From assembly GCA_047967505.1 (NCBI GenBank), contig CM106538.1: 64,000 bases of DNA; one strand, 5' to 3'. The notes under the pieces were generated by a model. The model did not search any database and had not been told where the DNA came from. It saw only the letters and a list, made by a program, of their open reading frames with translations. Shown here piece after piece: positions 13,098 through 25,297 of this stretch. A program made the translations under genes and the position numbers. Position 1 is the stretch's first letter, and each line of letters opens with the position of its first letter. This DNA is from Dipteris shenzhenensis (lineage: Eukaryota).

Positions 13098-15463
13098 TAC
13101 AGAACACTGCAAAATATTCTGTCACTACAAAAAACACAGCTTTTGCCTCACACGGGCAGATCTGCAAAACTGACGAAAGTGGTATTTGACCACACAGTCA
13201 CTTCCTAGTGACGATTTTGCATCAACAGGCAACAAGCATGATTTTGCAACTCCCAATATCTCTGCACACAGGCATACGATGCAATTTCTGCGGCAACTTT
13301 TCACTGACGTGCATTTTCTTCAGGAGGAACTTCAAAAGAAACTGTCTTCTACTCAAATGCTGGAAGAGGTAGAGGCAGAGGTAGAGGAGGCTGATTTGCA
13401 GGCCATGGTAGAAATCAGAATATGCAGCAAACTCAAGAAAACCAGTCCTATGGAGGAGGACGTGGTAACTCTAGAGGCAGGGGGAGCCAAAGAGGCCGCG
13501 GTGGATGGCAGAGAGGCCAAAATGCAAACAACAATGTTGAATGCTACTACTGTGGTAAAATGGGTCATATGGCTAAGGACTGCTACAAAAAGCAAAATTA
13601 CATTATGAATGGAAAATTGAAGCAAGGCAATTATGCATCTTCCAGTAGACAGGGCGATGACATAAATGAGCATCTATTTATGGTGCAGCACATGACCAAT
13701 TCTGTGACAAGTGTAGAAGAACGAAATGATGTGTGGTATGTTGACACTGGTGATGATACTGCACATCTTATTGTGCAGATTGGTAAAATTCCTTTGTCTA
13801 TGCAGGATGGGAAAAAGAAATACTTGTCTGATGTATTTCATGTCCCAAACATCACCAAGAACCTGGTTTCTATTGGTCAAATGGTTGAGCAGGGCTTGTA
13901 GGTCAGATTTAATCCTCATGGATGCTTTGTTGAGGATATGAAAAATAACGGTCGCTTGATAGCAAAAGGAAAGAAGAAGGGCAGGATGTTTACGTTGGAT
14001 GCGGACATGCCTGAATTGAGTGCAGCAATGTTTGCACATCGGACCGGTGTAGTTGCAGATATTGATATCTAGCATAAACGCATTGGTCATGTTAATATAC
14101 AATGACTTAGATCAATGCAAGCCCCAAATATTATTGCAGGATTGCCTAAATTCAAGGTTGCAGAAATGCATAAGGTTTGTGAAGCCTGTCAATTTGGAAA
14201 ACAGGTAAGGAAACCATTTCCTAGGCATGTTCAAGAGAGTAAAAAGCCATTGGAATTAATCCATTCTGATGTGTGGACTACTAAAGCTGCATCTATTGGA
14301 GGCTGTCACTATTTTGTCACTTTTATTGATGACTTCAGCAGAAAAGTTTGGGTGTATTTTATGAAAAAGAAAAGTGAAGTGTTTGGGCACTTCAAAGCTT
14401 TTAAAGCTATGGTTGAAAAAGAAATAGGCCTGCAAATAAAATGCCTAAGGTCAGATGGAGGGGGAGAGTACCTCTCAAATGAGTTTGCAAGGTTCCTACA
14501 GGAGCATGGCATAAAGCAGCAATATTCATGCAGTCATACCCCACAGCAAAATGGACTTGCAGAAAGGAAAAACAAGCATATTGGAGAGGTATCTCGGGCC
14601 ATGCTAAATGAGAAAGATCTACCAGATTATTATTGGGCTGAAGCAGTTGCTACAGCAGTTTACATAATGAACATGATTCCCACTCCAAATATGGGATGAC
14701 AGGCTATAAGCCTATTTTAGTTCCTTTGGAGCAGAATGTGAAGCTGAGCACAGATGCAGGTGAGCTTCTGGAAGACCCTACTATGTACAGATGCATAGTA
14801 GGAAGTTTGATTTATATGACTATTACCAGGCCAGATTTAAGCTATGTTGTTGGATTGGTAAGTCAGTTTATGTAGGCTCCAAGGAAACTGCATTTGGATG
14901 CGGCTAGATGCATACTCACGTATGTGAAGTCCACATTGTAGTATGGACTATTTTATGAGGCTGGGGTTCAGATACAGTTGCATGGATACACTGATGCTGA
15001 TTGGGCTGGTAGTACTTCTGATAGACGATCTACCAGTGGATATGTGTTCTCTTTTGGGAGTGCTACAGTCACTTGGAGCAGTAAGAAATAGCCTACAGTT
15101 GCCTTGTCGGAGCACAGAGGCTGAGTACAGGGGTGCAGCAATGGCTACATGCGAGGTAGCTTGGTTGCATAAGCTACTCTATGATATGCATCAGTCTACA
15201 GATGGGCCATTTGTCATTTATTGTGACAACATGAGCAGTATACACTTAGCAAATAACCTAGTCTATCATGCTAGGACAAAGCAGATTGAGGTGCATTATC
15301 ACTATGTGCGGGAGAAGGTTTTACTAGGTCTTATTGATCTAGTTTATGTCAGCACAGAGGATCAGGTCGCTGACATATTCACGAAGACATTGGGCGCAGA
15401 GAAGCTGCGCAAGTTCAGAGACCTGCTTGGTGTGCAAGAATTGGGATTGAGCTCAAGGGGGAG

Positions 15464-15812
15464 TGTTGAGATATCGAGCTCCACTCGTGATATGCCAGGG
15501 TGACTATTGTGTATTTATGTCACCGACTTGTTAGCTGCAGATGCGGTTGGTACACCGCCCACGAATAATAGCTGGATGACAGCTATCCTTATCTATTCTA
15601 GTTCGTGGCTCAGTTAGTATGCCACCTTAGTTGAGTTTGGTTTGAGACCCACATATAGGGTTCTTCTATTTCTTTGTACTTGAGTTCTTTTGGCTTTTCA
15701 CAACTAAGAAGAGGAAAACTATTTTCAGCCTCCACTTGTGTGTGTATTCCCCCATTGTGTATGTGAGAAAGCCACAAGTGAGACTCCTTCCCTCTCTCCC
15801 ACTATCTTCACA
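15464..15812 (+). mobile_element. 3' LTR of the copia element (349 bp)
   Basis: TG...CA termini, preceded by a PPT and followed by the TSD AGGGC. Its first ~80 bp match 12423-12503. Confidence 0.85.
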
Positions 15813-18800
15813 AGGGCATTTGAGAACACTTGATAGGTTGCCTTGGGGAGATCCAAGACTCTGAACTAGAGGGAAAAGCATAGCCCTACTACCTTTGTGG
15901 ATACCCAATCCACTGTGCCCAAGGGTTTTGTGCATGAATCATTTGCAAGGCAAATGTTAAAATGAGATTTCTTCATTGGTGGGAGACACGATGTATCATA
16001 GATATACTTTGATAGAACATTCACCTCCATCTACAATGGCTTGGACCTTATCATGTGCTTTATGGATCAAAGGCATGGTGATATTGCTTATGTCATGTCT
16101 TTCACCCAATCGGACTAGGATGTCTTCTGTTTATTCCACATGTGGAGGGAGATTTGATGATTCAACCCAATTCTTGAAACTCACCCAAAGGTTGGGACAG
16201 TGCTATAAGAAGATTTCAATGGGATGGAGACATGACAACTCAAGATGCTTGAGAGCGCTTCACCTTCCAGTTGGCATTGTGGAGCATTGTGCTATGGCCC
16301 TAGTGGATGAACATAGGCACAATCATGGTGTCGAGACTTGTGGATCCAAGTCAAGGATTTGATCTTGTGCTTGGTTATCGACTTCAAATTGGGCTTGTTC
16401 CTTCTCCAGCCATTGTCAAACTGCTTGAAATCAAGCCGTCTCTAATTTAGCACCGGGGTATGAAGCATTCTTGATAAGTGGATCTGAATTGGAGGTTGCA
16501 GTACATCGTGCTTCTTTGCTTGGCAAAGGAATTGGCGCTTGTGCTTTCTTTTGGAGAATATTTTTTGCATGGATAGGAGCTAAATCCTTGGCTGCCTCTT
16601 TTTGTTGCCATGTGATGACATTTATTGGTGTTGATAGAGTGCTTCTGGGCCCTACACTTTGTTTGATCAATGCCAATGATGTGCATTGGAACATTAAGCT
16701 TAGCCTCATTATGTTGCGGGGGTCTAGACTTGAGGGGAAAATCCATGCAAGAATGGACAATGCCACAATGGGTTGAAAAGTAGTGGGGCTACCATGATGG
16801 GTTCTCTCCACAACTGTAGCCCTTGATTGGTGCTAGAAATGTGTTTGGTCAGACTTGATTTGCATAGATTGGTATCAATCCTTTTGCTCCTTCCACATAA
16901 TACATTGGGTACTCATCCTCGTATTCAATTGTGGATCCACATCTTCGGCTTGAAGTTGTTGTAGTGGAAGTGCTGGAGGAGGGGACTTGGCGCTCTTGCA
17001 TATTGTTGTGGGTTTCTGAGTAGCTATGGAGCTATTTGGATTGGAATAGGATTCAATCTTGGAGCTGATGGTGCTTGCACAAATTTTAGTTGCCTATATG
17101 TTAGAATGGGTGGTGGTTGATATAATTGAGGTCGAGGTGGGTTGTTGTGCATGTTGAACATGCAATTTCTCTCATCGTGCCCACTGACTACACAAATATG
17201 ACATCATAGCCTTGGAGGTTAATTTGATTGTTTATTGATCCTAGACCTCAAGACGATGCATTCATTTTTTTGTATGGTTTTCCATGTAATGTGTACACCA
17301 GAAATTTTTGCACCTTGGATGTGTTGGAGGTTGTGCTTGAGATACGTGAAGCTTTTGCTCCATTGCTTGCATCATTTTGTGTTTTAGTTTCATGGTCATG
17401 GCTAACAAGTGACCTTCATCAGATATTTTTGTAGTTGATTTAGATTTGACTTTTTGGAGCATTTGTCCTTGTTGTCACCACTATTAGAGTTAGAATCCAT
17501 CATGCCAACTTCAATGTCCACAGTTGTCACATGAGCAGCACTGAAAGTCTTGTAAGTGCTTATCTTTTTCATTTATTTGTGAATCTTCTTGTAAGTGCTT
17601 ATCTTTTTCATTTATTTGTGAATCTTCTTTTTCAAACAAAAAATAAACCAAACCATCGGGTATTTGTCATTTGGGTGTGGCTTGCATTTGGCAATTAGGC
17701 ACTTCATTTGGCCCAGATACATGCAGACTTCTTCTCGACGGCCTTGTTTGATGTTGCCTAGTTGGAGAGCAGGGTCATCTTGAAGGCATTCCGTTTAGAA
17801 TCGCCACTTGAACTGGCTTAAAAGGAGGCCCATGTGGCATGTTCCTCAACCGTAAGGTCTAAGTACCATTTGGAGACTTCGTCAACCAATGCCATAGGGA
17901 GCCAAGTAGCTTTGGTCTTGTTAGATTGCTCTACAAACAGCATCAAAGAGTTAAAGGAACATCTCTCAATCACTTGGCCATTGTACTTAGAAAGTTCAAG
18001 CTTTCCTAGGGTCTTATTCCATGCTTGTTGAAGTTTGGGTGGTTGAAGAAGTTGTTGCCCTCATTGTCCAAGTCAAGATCATCATCACCATGATGACAAT
18101 TTGCCATGTTGCGAATTTGATGAGGATGAGGGTTTTGATTAAGTGGAGGAGGAGGATTCAGTGAGAGGAAGGTTGTCATAGATTTTGACTGGATCATAAT
18201 TGCATGATCATAATTGCATGCACGCTTGTTGAGTGTTTGATTGAGTGCATCCTCCTTTGGTCATACAAACTACAATCCAATCTTGTTGCCTTGTTCATGG
18301 ACACCATCCATCAGAGAAATGCCTCCTGATTTTTACCATGCTTAACGAAACTCATCCCAACTCTAGGGATAGAGAGTGTCTTGTTGATCCTATTTTTATC
18401 AACAAGGAATACCAACCCTTGGGATAAAGACTTTCTCAGTACTTTCGGGTTCCCACCACCACGGGGTAGGTATCATTGCATTAGGAAATGCCCATGGTGG
18501 TTCAAATGTTTTAGAAAAACTACAATCCAATCTTGTTTCCTTTTTGATGGACACCATCCATGAAAGAAACTTGTCTCGATTCTTACCATGCTTGACATGC
18601 TTAGAGTAAAAGTGATTATGATTTCAGAGAACCCCTACAGGAGTAAAAGTGATTAACTATGCAATGTCTTAGTAGTTTTATCTTAATTTATAAATCTAAA
18701 ATCAAGTTTTTAGAAATGGCTTTTTATTGTTTTTATTCTTTAATTAAGGAGGGTGCCTTATGTAAGATGTTTTATAGTTTTAGGAATTTGCAATGTTCGT

Positions 18801-20290
18801 GCCTGTTCATGAGAAACTCATTGATCGTGCTTGGTTTATGATGGAGAAGCCAAAGAGCTGCCACCTTGTTATCACTTTAGCAAAAGTTTGAATGCTAATA
18901 CACACTCTGATGATGATGAAGGGTATATATGGGGATTCTCATAGTATTAAGTGCAGACAATACACATCAATCGAGCTACTTTATTTACCAATCAAAGAAA
19001 GCTAGATGATAAGTTTGCAAGAAAGTTATATGAGGATGCAAGGCAGGCCAAAACACGAGCTTTGAGTAATATCATGCTATGTTCAACGTCATTCAAGAAG
19101 CTTGCAAGTGATGATCCAGTGTTATATGATATGTCTTTCTAAAATCAGGCAGACTTCTTTACAACATTTGAGGGATTCATATAGTCTGACATTGTTTGTG
19201 AAGCGGCACTTTATGAGAGCAAATACAAGGATGATGATGAAAAGTATATGCTATCTAGAAACAAATTCCTTGAAAGGTGCAGGTTTGGGGCGATTGATGG
19301 GCAACACTTTTGTGAGGCATGTAGAATTGCGTTCGAGGAGAGTAGAAGAGGAAACATATCATCCAATAAGTACATGCAAAAGTTTGCAAGAGTCATCTCT
19401 TATATTTGTCTATTCATAGATGACTCGAAGTATATATTGGAATCCCTCAGGATCAATGATGAATCTTTTCAAAAGAAGAAGAAGTCAACTCATTGGGAGG
19501 TTCTTCTTAAAGCAAGAGAGTTATGGATTGGGTGCAAGAAGCCACTATCCTCAAAGGGTAAGAGACCCACTTTGGAGGACTTAGTAAAGCGGGCACAATT
19601 TTATAGGTGCTTGACAGATGTTGTAAATTATGTTCAGCCAAGTCTTCTAGATATCACAAGAGCCGTCAATAAATACAAGGATTACACGTGTATCATATTT
19701 TGTCTTGCAAAATCTGTCAATGTATTGTGGATGTAAGCATTGCATTCGAATCTAGTATTATATTATTTGAGTCACCTGAACATGAGGTAAACAAGAAGTA
19801 GAAAGCTATAAAGATTATGTCAATTCTTTGGTGGAGGCCATTAAGATACAGGACTGGCAAGATAGTAAGTTGGTTTGCCAGAAGTTTTGAATGGAGAATG
19901 CTTTTTGGTAAGAAGAACAAGCATGGAAGCCTTGAAGAAATAGTCAACCAAGAAGTAAAGGTTGAAGCTGCATATGGAGCATTAAAGTTTTTGCTTCGTT
20001 CAAATGAAGAGTTGGTGGATCAAGAGTATCAGGAGGACAAGAAAAAATCATGTGGACTAGGACAAATGGTTGGCAAGAACTAGGCCTCGCAATGGATAAA
20101 ATCATGGGATAAAGATGCAGCACCAACAAAGGAACTTTGAGCTAAGATGCCTATTTGTATAGAGATGATGTATACACATATAAAGTAAAATGCCATGAAA
20201 AACAAGATGCAACTTCAAGTCCTTAATGAGTCTTTCATGTTCTCCTATGACATTGGTTTGTCAAAGGATAATTCAAATTATGTTATTATC

Positions 20291-21068
20291 AAGGGAGTTG
20301 ATACTGAAAGATTTATGGTCGCAATGGGTAGTGAACCTTGGGAGAACCCATATGCATTTTTCTTTCATGAACTATAGGATTTGTTAGTGTCAGGGATTGT
20401 TCAGCTTATGCAGACTGTGATACAAGGTCCTATGGCAAGACAACCAAGAGCAACATTTGTCATGTTTATCACACGTGCACAACGGGATGCATTGTTTGCC
20501 AGTTTGAAATTTGCATTTAGGGGTGTGATTGGAAAGGTGTTGCATGGTATGGTATTGCAGCATGAGCATAGTTATCATAGTGACACTGGCATCCAAATCT
20601 TGCAACCCATGATGGCTACATTTATGCATAGGGGTGATGGTCCATTATTTGAAGTTCCCCAAAAGAGTCTTCAGTTCTTTTTCCAAGGGAGTCGATACTG
20701 AAAGATTTATGGCCGCAATGGGTAGTGAACCTTGGGAGAACCCATATGCATTTGTCTTTAATGAACTACAGGATCTATCAGTGTCAGGGATTGTTCAGCT
20801 TATATGAACTGTGATATAGGGTCCTATGGCAAGACAACCAAGAGCAACATTTGTCATGTTTATCACAGGTGCACAACGGGATGCATTGTTTGCTAGTTTG
20901 AAATTTGCATTCAAGGGTGTGATTGGAGAGGTGTTGCATGGTATGGTATTGCAACATGAGCATGGTTATCATAGTGACACTGGCATCCAAACCTTGCAAC
21001 CCATGATGGTTGCATTTATGCATAGGGGTGATGGTCCACAATTTGAAGTTCTTCAGCTCTTTTCCCAA
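20291..21068 (+). repeat. Tandem duplication of about 394 bp inside the DGQH ORF
   Basis: aagggag(t/c)(t/c)gatactgaaagatttatgg at 20291 and 20685. Both copies encode GPMARQPRATFVMFIT...HRGDGP. Confidence 0.9.
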
Positions 21069-21391
21069 GAGAGAGAAACACTAAAAATAATCTCCTCTTA
21101 TCTTGATTATCGACATCCAAATCATCCTTCCTTGATAGAAGAGATGGTAGAAGCATATTGGATAAAAGGTTGGAATGTGGCATTGTATGGAATGGGGTTA
21201 GTTGTAGAGACTATATTACAAAAAGAGTCGATGTGGTTGTCATTGATGCCCTCCATTGGATTGAGTATTCTTCAACTAGTAAGACTGTTGCAATGGCAAT
21301 ACGCTTGAGAAGTTCACTTGGGAAGCCATTTCACACCTGGTCTACACAAATGAGGTATCTCTCGATGCATTAGAAGCTTTGGAAGACTATA

Positions 21392-22010
21392 AAAGAGGAC
21401 ATACCCACTGCACAAAATGAAGCCTGGAAGGAAAAAGACGAAGCAGCACTATCACTCATTGGCTTGCACTTGGGTCCAAACATAATTTATCATATAGACT
21501 CTATGGATCATGCCAAAGATGCATGGGATGAGTTGAACACAGTTCTGGTGCAAAAGCCAAAAACCAAGAAATTCATCTTAAGATTGAATTCTATGGTTTG
21601 CACATGAGCTTCAATGAATCCATGGCACAATTTGTCAACAAGATCAAAAGCATTATGACCCAACTAGAAGGCATAAATGCAAAAGTAGGAGAAAAGGATG
21701 CACTTGCAATCCTCTTGAAAAGCATGCCTAAAGAGTACAGTGCACTGACAACCACTTTGAAGAATTTTCCAGATCCAAAGTTTGAGGAATGTGTATCATC
21801 TCTTCTTGAGAAAGAATGAGAGTTGAAGGCATCAACATCGACATCTACATCAACATGTAGCAACAATAATGATAAGCAAGCATTGTTCAGTAAAACATCA
21901 ACAAAGTGTTACCATTGCAAAAGGATGGGTCACTATCAAAGAGACTGCAGACCAAAGAACAAACCAAAGTGTCACCAATGCAAGAAGTTGGGAGACACAA
22001 GGAAGAAGAT
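21392..22010 (+). pseudogene. Copia-type gag with two zinc knuckles (gag-only non-autonomous element), lying in an inverted segment
   Basis: EAWKEKDEAALSLIGLHL...AKDAWDEL; ESMAQFVNKIKSIMTQLEGI...LLKSMPKEY; CYHCKRMGHYQRDC; CHQCKKLG. No pol sequence follows before the PPT and LTR. Confidence 0.85.
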
Positions 22011-22304
22011 TGCAGATTGAAGAACCAATAGGTCAACTACATGGAGTCATCATCAAGCCATAAGCAGAATGACAACAACAACATGTATTGAGAAGCAAAA
22101 GCCTTTCCACCTTTAGCCTATGTTCTTGTAATCAAACCTGACCACCTGCAAGTAGCCATGCAAGCACTCAGGGGAGGTATTAACATGTAAAAACCACACT
22201 AGACCACCTCAAGTAGCAATGTATGCACTAAGGGGAGGTGATAGATTTGTAACTCACATCTGACCACCTTGTGGTAGCCAATGGATCATGGCACCAAGGG
22301 GAGG

Positions 22305-22651
22305 TGTTGAGGAATATGGTGCCATGAGCACATAATTAGAGGCTAAGATATGGTATAGGAATGTATTAAAGTAGCCACCCTAGGATGAGGACTACATGAT
22401 GTGAGCATGTGGATCGAGGCTAGATCGAGGACATTCACAAGGAGAGATGTGGATCAGAGGATCCCACATGTGTTGACTAGTCTAAGGGCCTATAAGAGAA
22501 GCCTATCATGTATTGTTGATTACACACATTGCAATAGATTGAGTATTGCCTACCATATGTCTTTCTCATGGAGTTTCTTCTACGGTTTGATCCCCCTTGA
22601 TCTTTTGCTAATTCCATGTTGCATTAGGAGAGCATGATCCACATTTTCTCA
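22305..22651 (+). mobile_element. 3' LTR of the gag-only copia-type element
   Basis: TG...CA termini, preceded by the PPT aaggggagg and followed by TTCCC. Reverse-complement copy at 23940-24279. Confidence 0.88.
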
Positions 22652-23939
22652 TTCCCTTCCACTGCAACAATTTGTCTTTCTTCTTCCTTGTTGCCTTCTA
22701 TTATGACCAATGGAACCTCAATAACCCTTTGCAACCTCTCATCCATTTTCTTCTTTGTGCATAGTTTTGAATGTGAGCTCTCTGATTTAGAGCTACTAGT
22801 TTTAGATTCCCTAGATGCAAAGCTACTATCCTCAGTAGTAGAGCCTAGGTTTTCTATGACTTTCTCACTTGAGTCGTCTTGCACTTTTTTGCTCAATTCC
22901 ACATTTGAGCTTCCTTCATCTTTACTATAAAATGTGGGCGTGCAACTGAAGTAAGTATGAATCTGGTAATGTCTACTTGCGTACAACAAAATTGACTTGA
23001 AAGGCACGTAGAGCTCAAAAAGGTGATCACTTTTCCTTTTTGGAGTGCATGCAAATTCTTTTTGGATTGAAAGTTATGGCTTGTCGAAGTTTTTGTGAAG
23101 AGAGAGTGGGCATGATGATGTGGCACAAGGATTCATATGCAGCATTCAAAACAGTGCTAAGATGCCAGCATGACACGTGTCATGATAAGCATGTGTGCCA
23201 TGTGGCACTCTACTGACCATTGATAAAATGGAAGCTAACCACAGTTAACATGACCATCTCTATCTACCATGTGGCATTTCCACATGGCCTAAGGTTATGA
23301 AACCTTTGGCTTGTGGAAATCTACGATGCAACGGCAACAGGGATGGTTGAGGAGAAAGAGACGATGATGATGAGGATGGCTGAAAAGAGATGTAAAGCTG
23401 AACGTGAAGGGGTTGCTAGTGTTGAAGTTGTAGAAGCTTGTTGTTGAAGAGGCTATGGTGGAGAGGCATGCATGCTATCGGCTAGGTGGTTGGCAACCCC
23501 GGTTGGTTGGAGGTTTGTCGTAGTAGCTTAACGCAATTGCCATGAGGTGCAACGGTGGCTGTTGGTAGGCGCTGCTATGGAATAGAGACCAATGGAAACA
23601 TACATCATTCAGAGACAAGGTTGGGGCACTGTGAGGCGGCCAGGATGACATGATGGAGCTGCCCAGCAAGGCTGACTATTGCAACATTGGTGTCGCGGGA
23701 GAGTCGTTAGTGCAGATGGGTGGTTGTGGCATGCAGGTCGATGATGCTTGGTACTTGTATCTCTTGTGTCCATTGCTGTAGGAGCTGCTATTGTCGAGCA
23801 GTACCTTTGGTCATGGCTGAAGCTCCTTGGTTCATGCTTTGTTCCTGTGATGAATTGGCCATCGCTATCTTTGATTGTTGAGGATTTCTCTCTATCTAAT
23901 CAATGGAGACATACCCCAAACATACTAGCTCTGATACCA

Positions 23940-24279
23940 TGAGAAATGTGGATCGTGCTCTCCTAGTGCAACATGGAATTCGCAAAAGATCAAGGGGGAT
24001 CAAACCGTACAAGAAACTACATGAGAGAGATATATGGTAGGCAATACTCAATCTATTGCAATGTGTGTAATCAACAATACATGATAGGCTTCTTATATAA
24101 AGAGAGCTCGTAGAATAGTCGACACTTGTGGGATCCTCTGGTCCACATCTCTCCTTATAAATGTTCTTGATCCACATCCTCACATCATGTAGTCCACATC
24201 TTAGGGTGGCTACTTTAATACATTCCTATACCATACCTTAGCCTCTAATTATGTCCTCATGGCACCATATTGCTCAACA
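23940..24279 (-). mobile_element. 5' LTR of the same gag-only element, with tRNA-iMet PBS
   Basis: The minus strand reads TGTTGAGCAATATGG...TTTCTCA and then TGGTATCAGAGC (23928-23939). Flanked by GGGAA at 24280-24284. Confidence 0.88.
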
Positions 24280-25297
24280 GGGAAAGGGAAAGTAGTGGAG
24301 GTCCAAATGCAGAGCATGAAACCTGAAAAAGAGGTCATTTTAAAGGGAGAGGGACGTGGACTAAAGGATGCAATACTAGTAAATAAAGTAGATGTACTAC
24401 TAGCGAGTAAACGAAATGTACTACCAAGTAATGAGGAGCTTGTAGTTGACACCTTGCAGACTCATCCATGCTGTGATGCACTACTAGGAAGTGATGAGCC
24501 TATATTTGAAAGCTCTGAGACCGCCGGTCTAGAGCAGATGGAGCTTATACTTGGAAGCACCCAGACTGGTCTAGAGTAGCTTGTTAGTCAAGATCTTGGT
24601 AGTGAACCTTTTGAGATGGCTACCTCGATCACTACTGCACGATCTCAAGAACTGAAACTTGACAAAATATATCAGGCCTTGTTGGATGTAGGCTATAGTG
24701 CTATAGGATCAAAAGAGAAAATTGAACGTCTAAGGAAAGAGGAGCTTGAGAAATGTGAAGAAGGAAAGAATGTAAACTAGAGTGTCTTTCCTATATGTAA
24801 ATCCTATTTTGAAATAAAGAAGTCTTTTTTGCTTTCTCAATTATGTGTATGAATATTTTTTTAATAGTTTGTTTTAATGGTGTATGAATTTTTTTAAATC
24901 ATTTATTTTAACACTTTAATAATGAACATCAAGACCAATATGGTGTCCGTGTTTAAAAATTTGTTTTGGTGTTTTTCAACATATTTTTGAATAATTTATT
25001 TTTGTAATGACCAAATGGTGGCAATGTAATTTTATTTTAATATTTCAATGGTGAATATTTTAGCTTAAATATTTAAATTGAGTATTTTTTTTAAAGTAAA
25101 ATAAAATGCCGATTGTTTTATTTTATATTTCAATGGGGAATATTTTAGCTTAATTATTTTAGTTTAATAATGTAATTCTCATGTGTCTAAGGATCAAAAT
25201 TATTCTATGCAAGTGGGTGTGTAAAGTGTTGGCTTAATTGTTTTGTTTTAATATTTTAATGGTGAATATCACTAGCAAGAACATGTATATGTACACC

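Larger units (their letters stand above)
12423..15812 (+). mobile_element. Ty1/copia retrotransposon with AGGGC TSD, truncated 5' LTR, inverted gag 5' segment and deleted RT core
   Basis: LTR start tgttgagatatc at 12423 and 15464; PPT aagggggag at 15455-15463; AGGGC at 12418-12422 and 15813-15817. Coding motifs: knuckle CYYCGKMGHMAKDC, integrase ELIHSDVW...LRSDGGGEY...QQNGLAERKN, and RNase H GYTDADWAG...YCDNMS...DQVADIFTK. Confidence 0.92.
11030..18240 (-). mobile_element. Ty3/gypsy-type retrotransposon (gag, zinc knuckles, protease, start of RT), degenerate, interrupted by a copia element
   Basis: Knuckle CHICVVSGHDERNC near 17165-17205. Protease KVQAIVDGG near 16025-16050. The ...CPW|VREASTIHDWG segment continues across the copia insertion. 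RT start LKALVIEYRD*LAWSYKEMKGI near 11180-11245. Confidence 0.75.
18786..24780 (+). pseudogene. Disrupted large ORF with ParB/Srx-like DGQHR-type domain and degenerate methyltransferase-like segment; split by a copia insertion and an inversion
   Basis: One frame carries NQRKLD (QR at 18993-18998), AIDGQHF (DGQH at 19296-19307) and SLRIN (19443-19457). RHPNHPSLIEEMVEAYWIKGWNVALYGMG lies at about 21111-21197. The acidic low-complexity tail can be rejoined from 22929-22652 (minus) and 24280-24780 (plus). Confidence 0.55.

Noticed and set aside
22305-24279. DIRS-like or TIR element suggested by inverted LTRs
   Set aside because: The shared TSD and the restored reading frames show a normal copia-type element rearranged by an inversion. 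I see no tyrosine recombinase.
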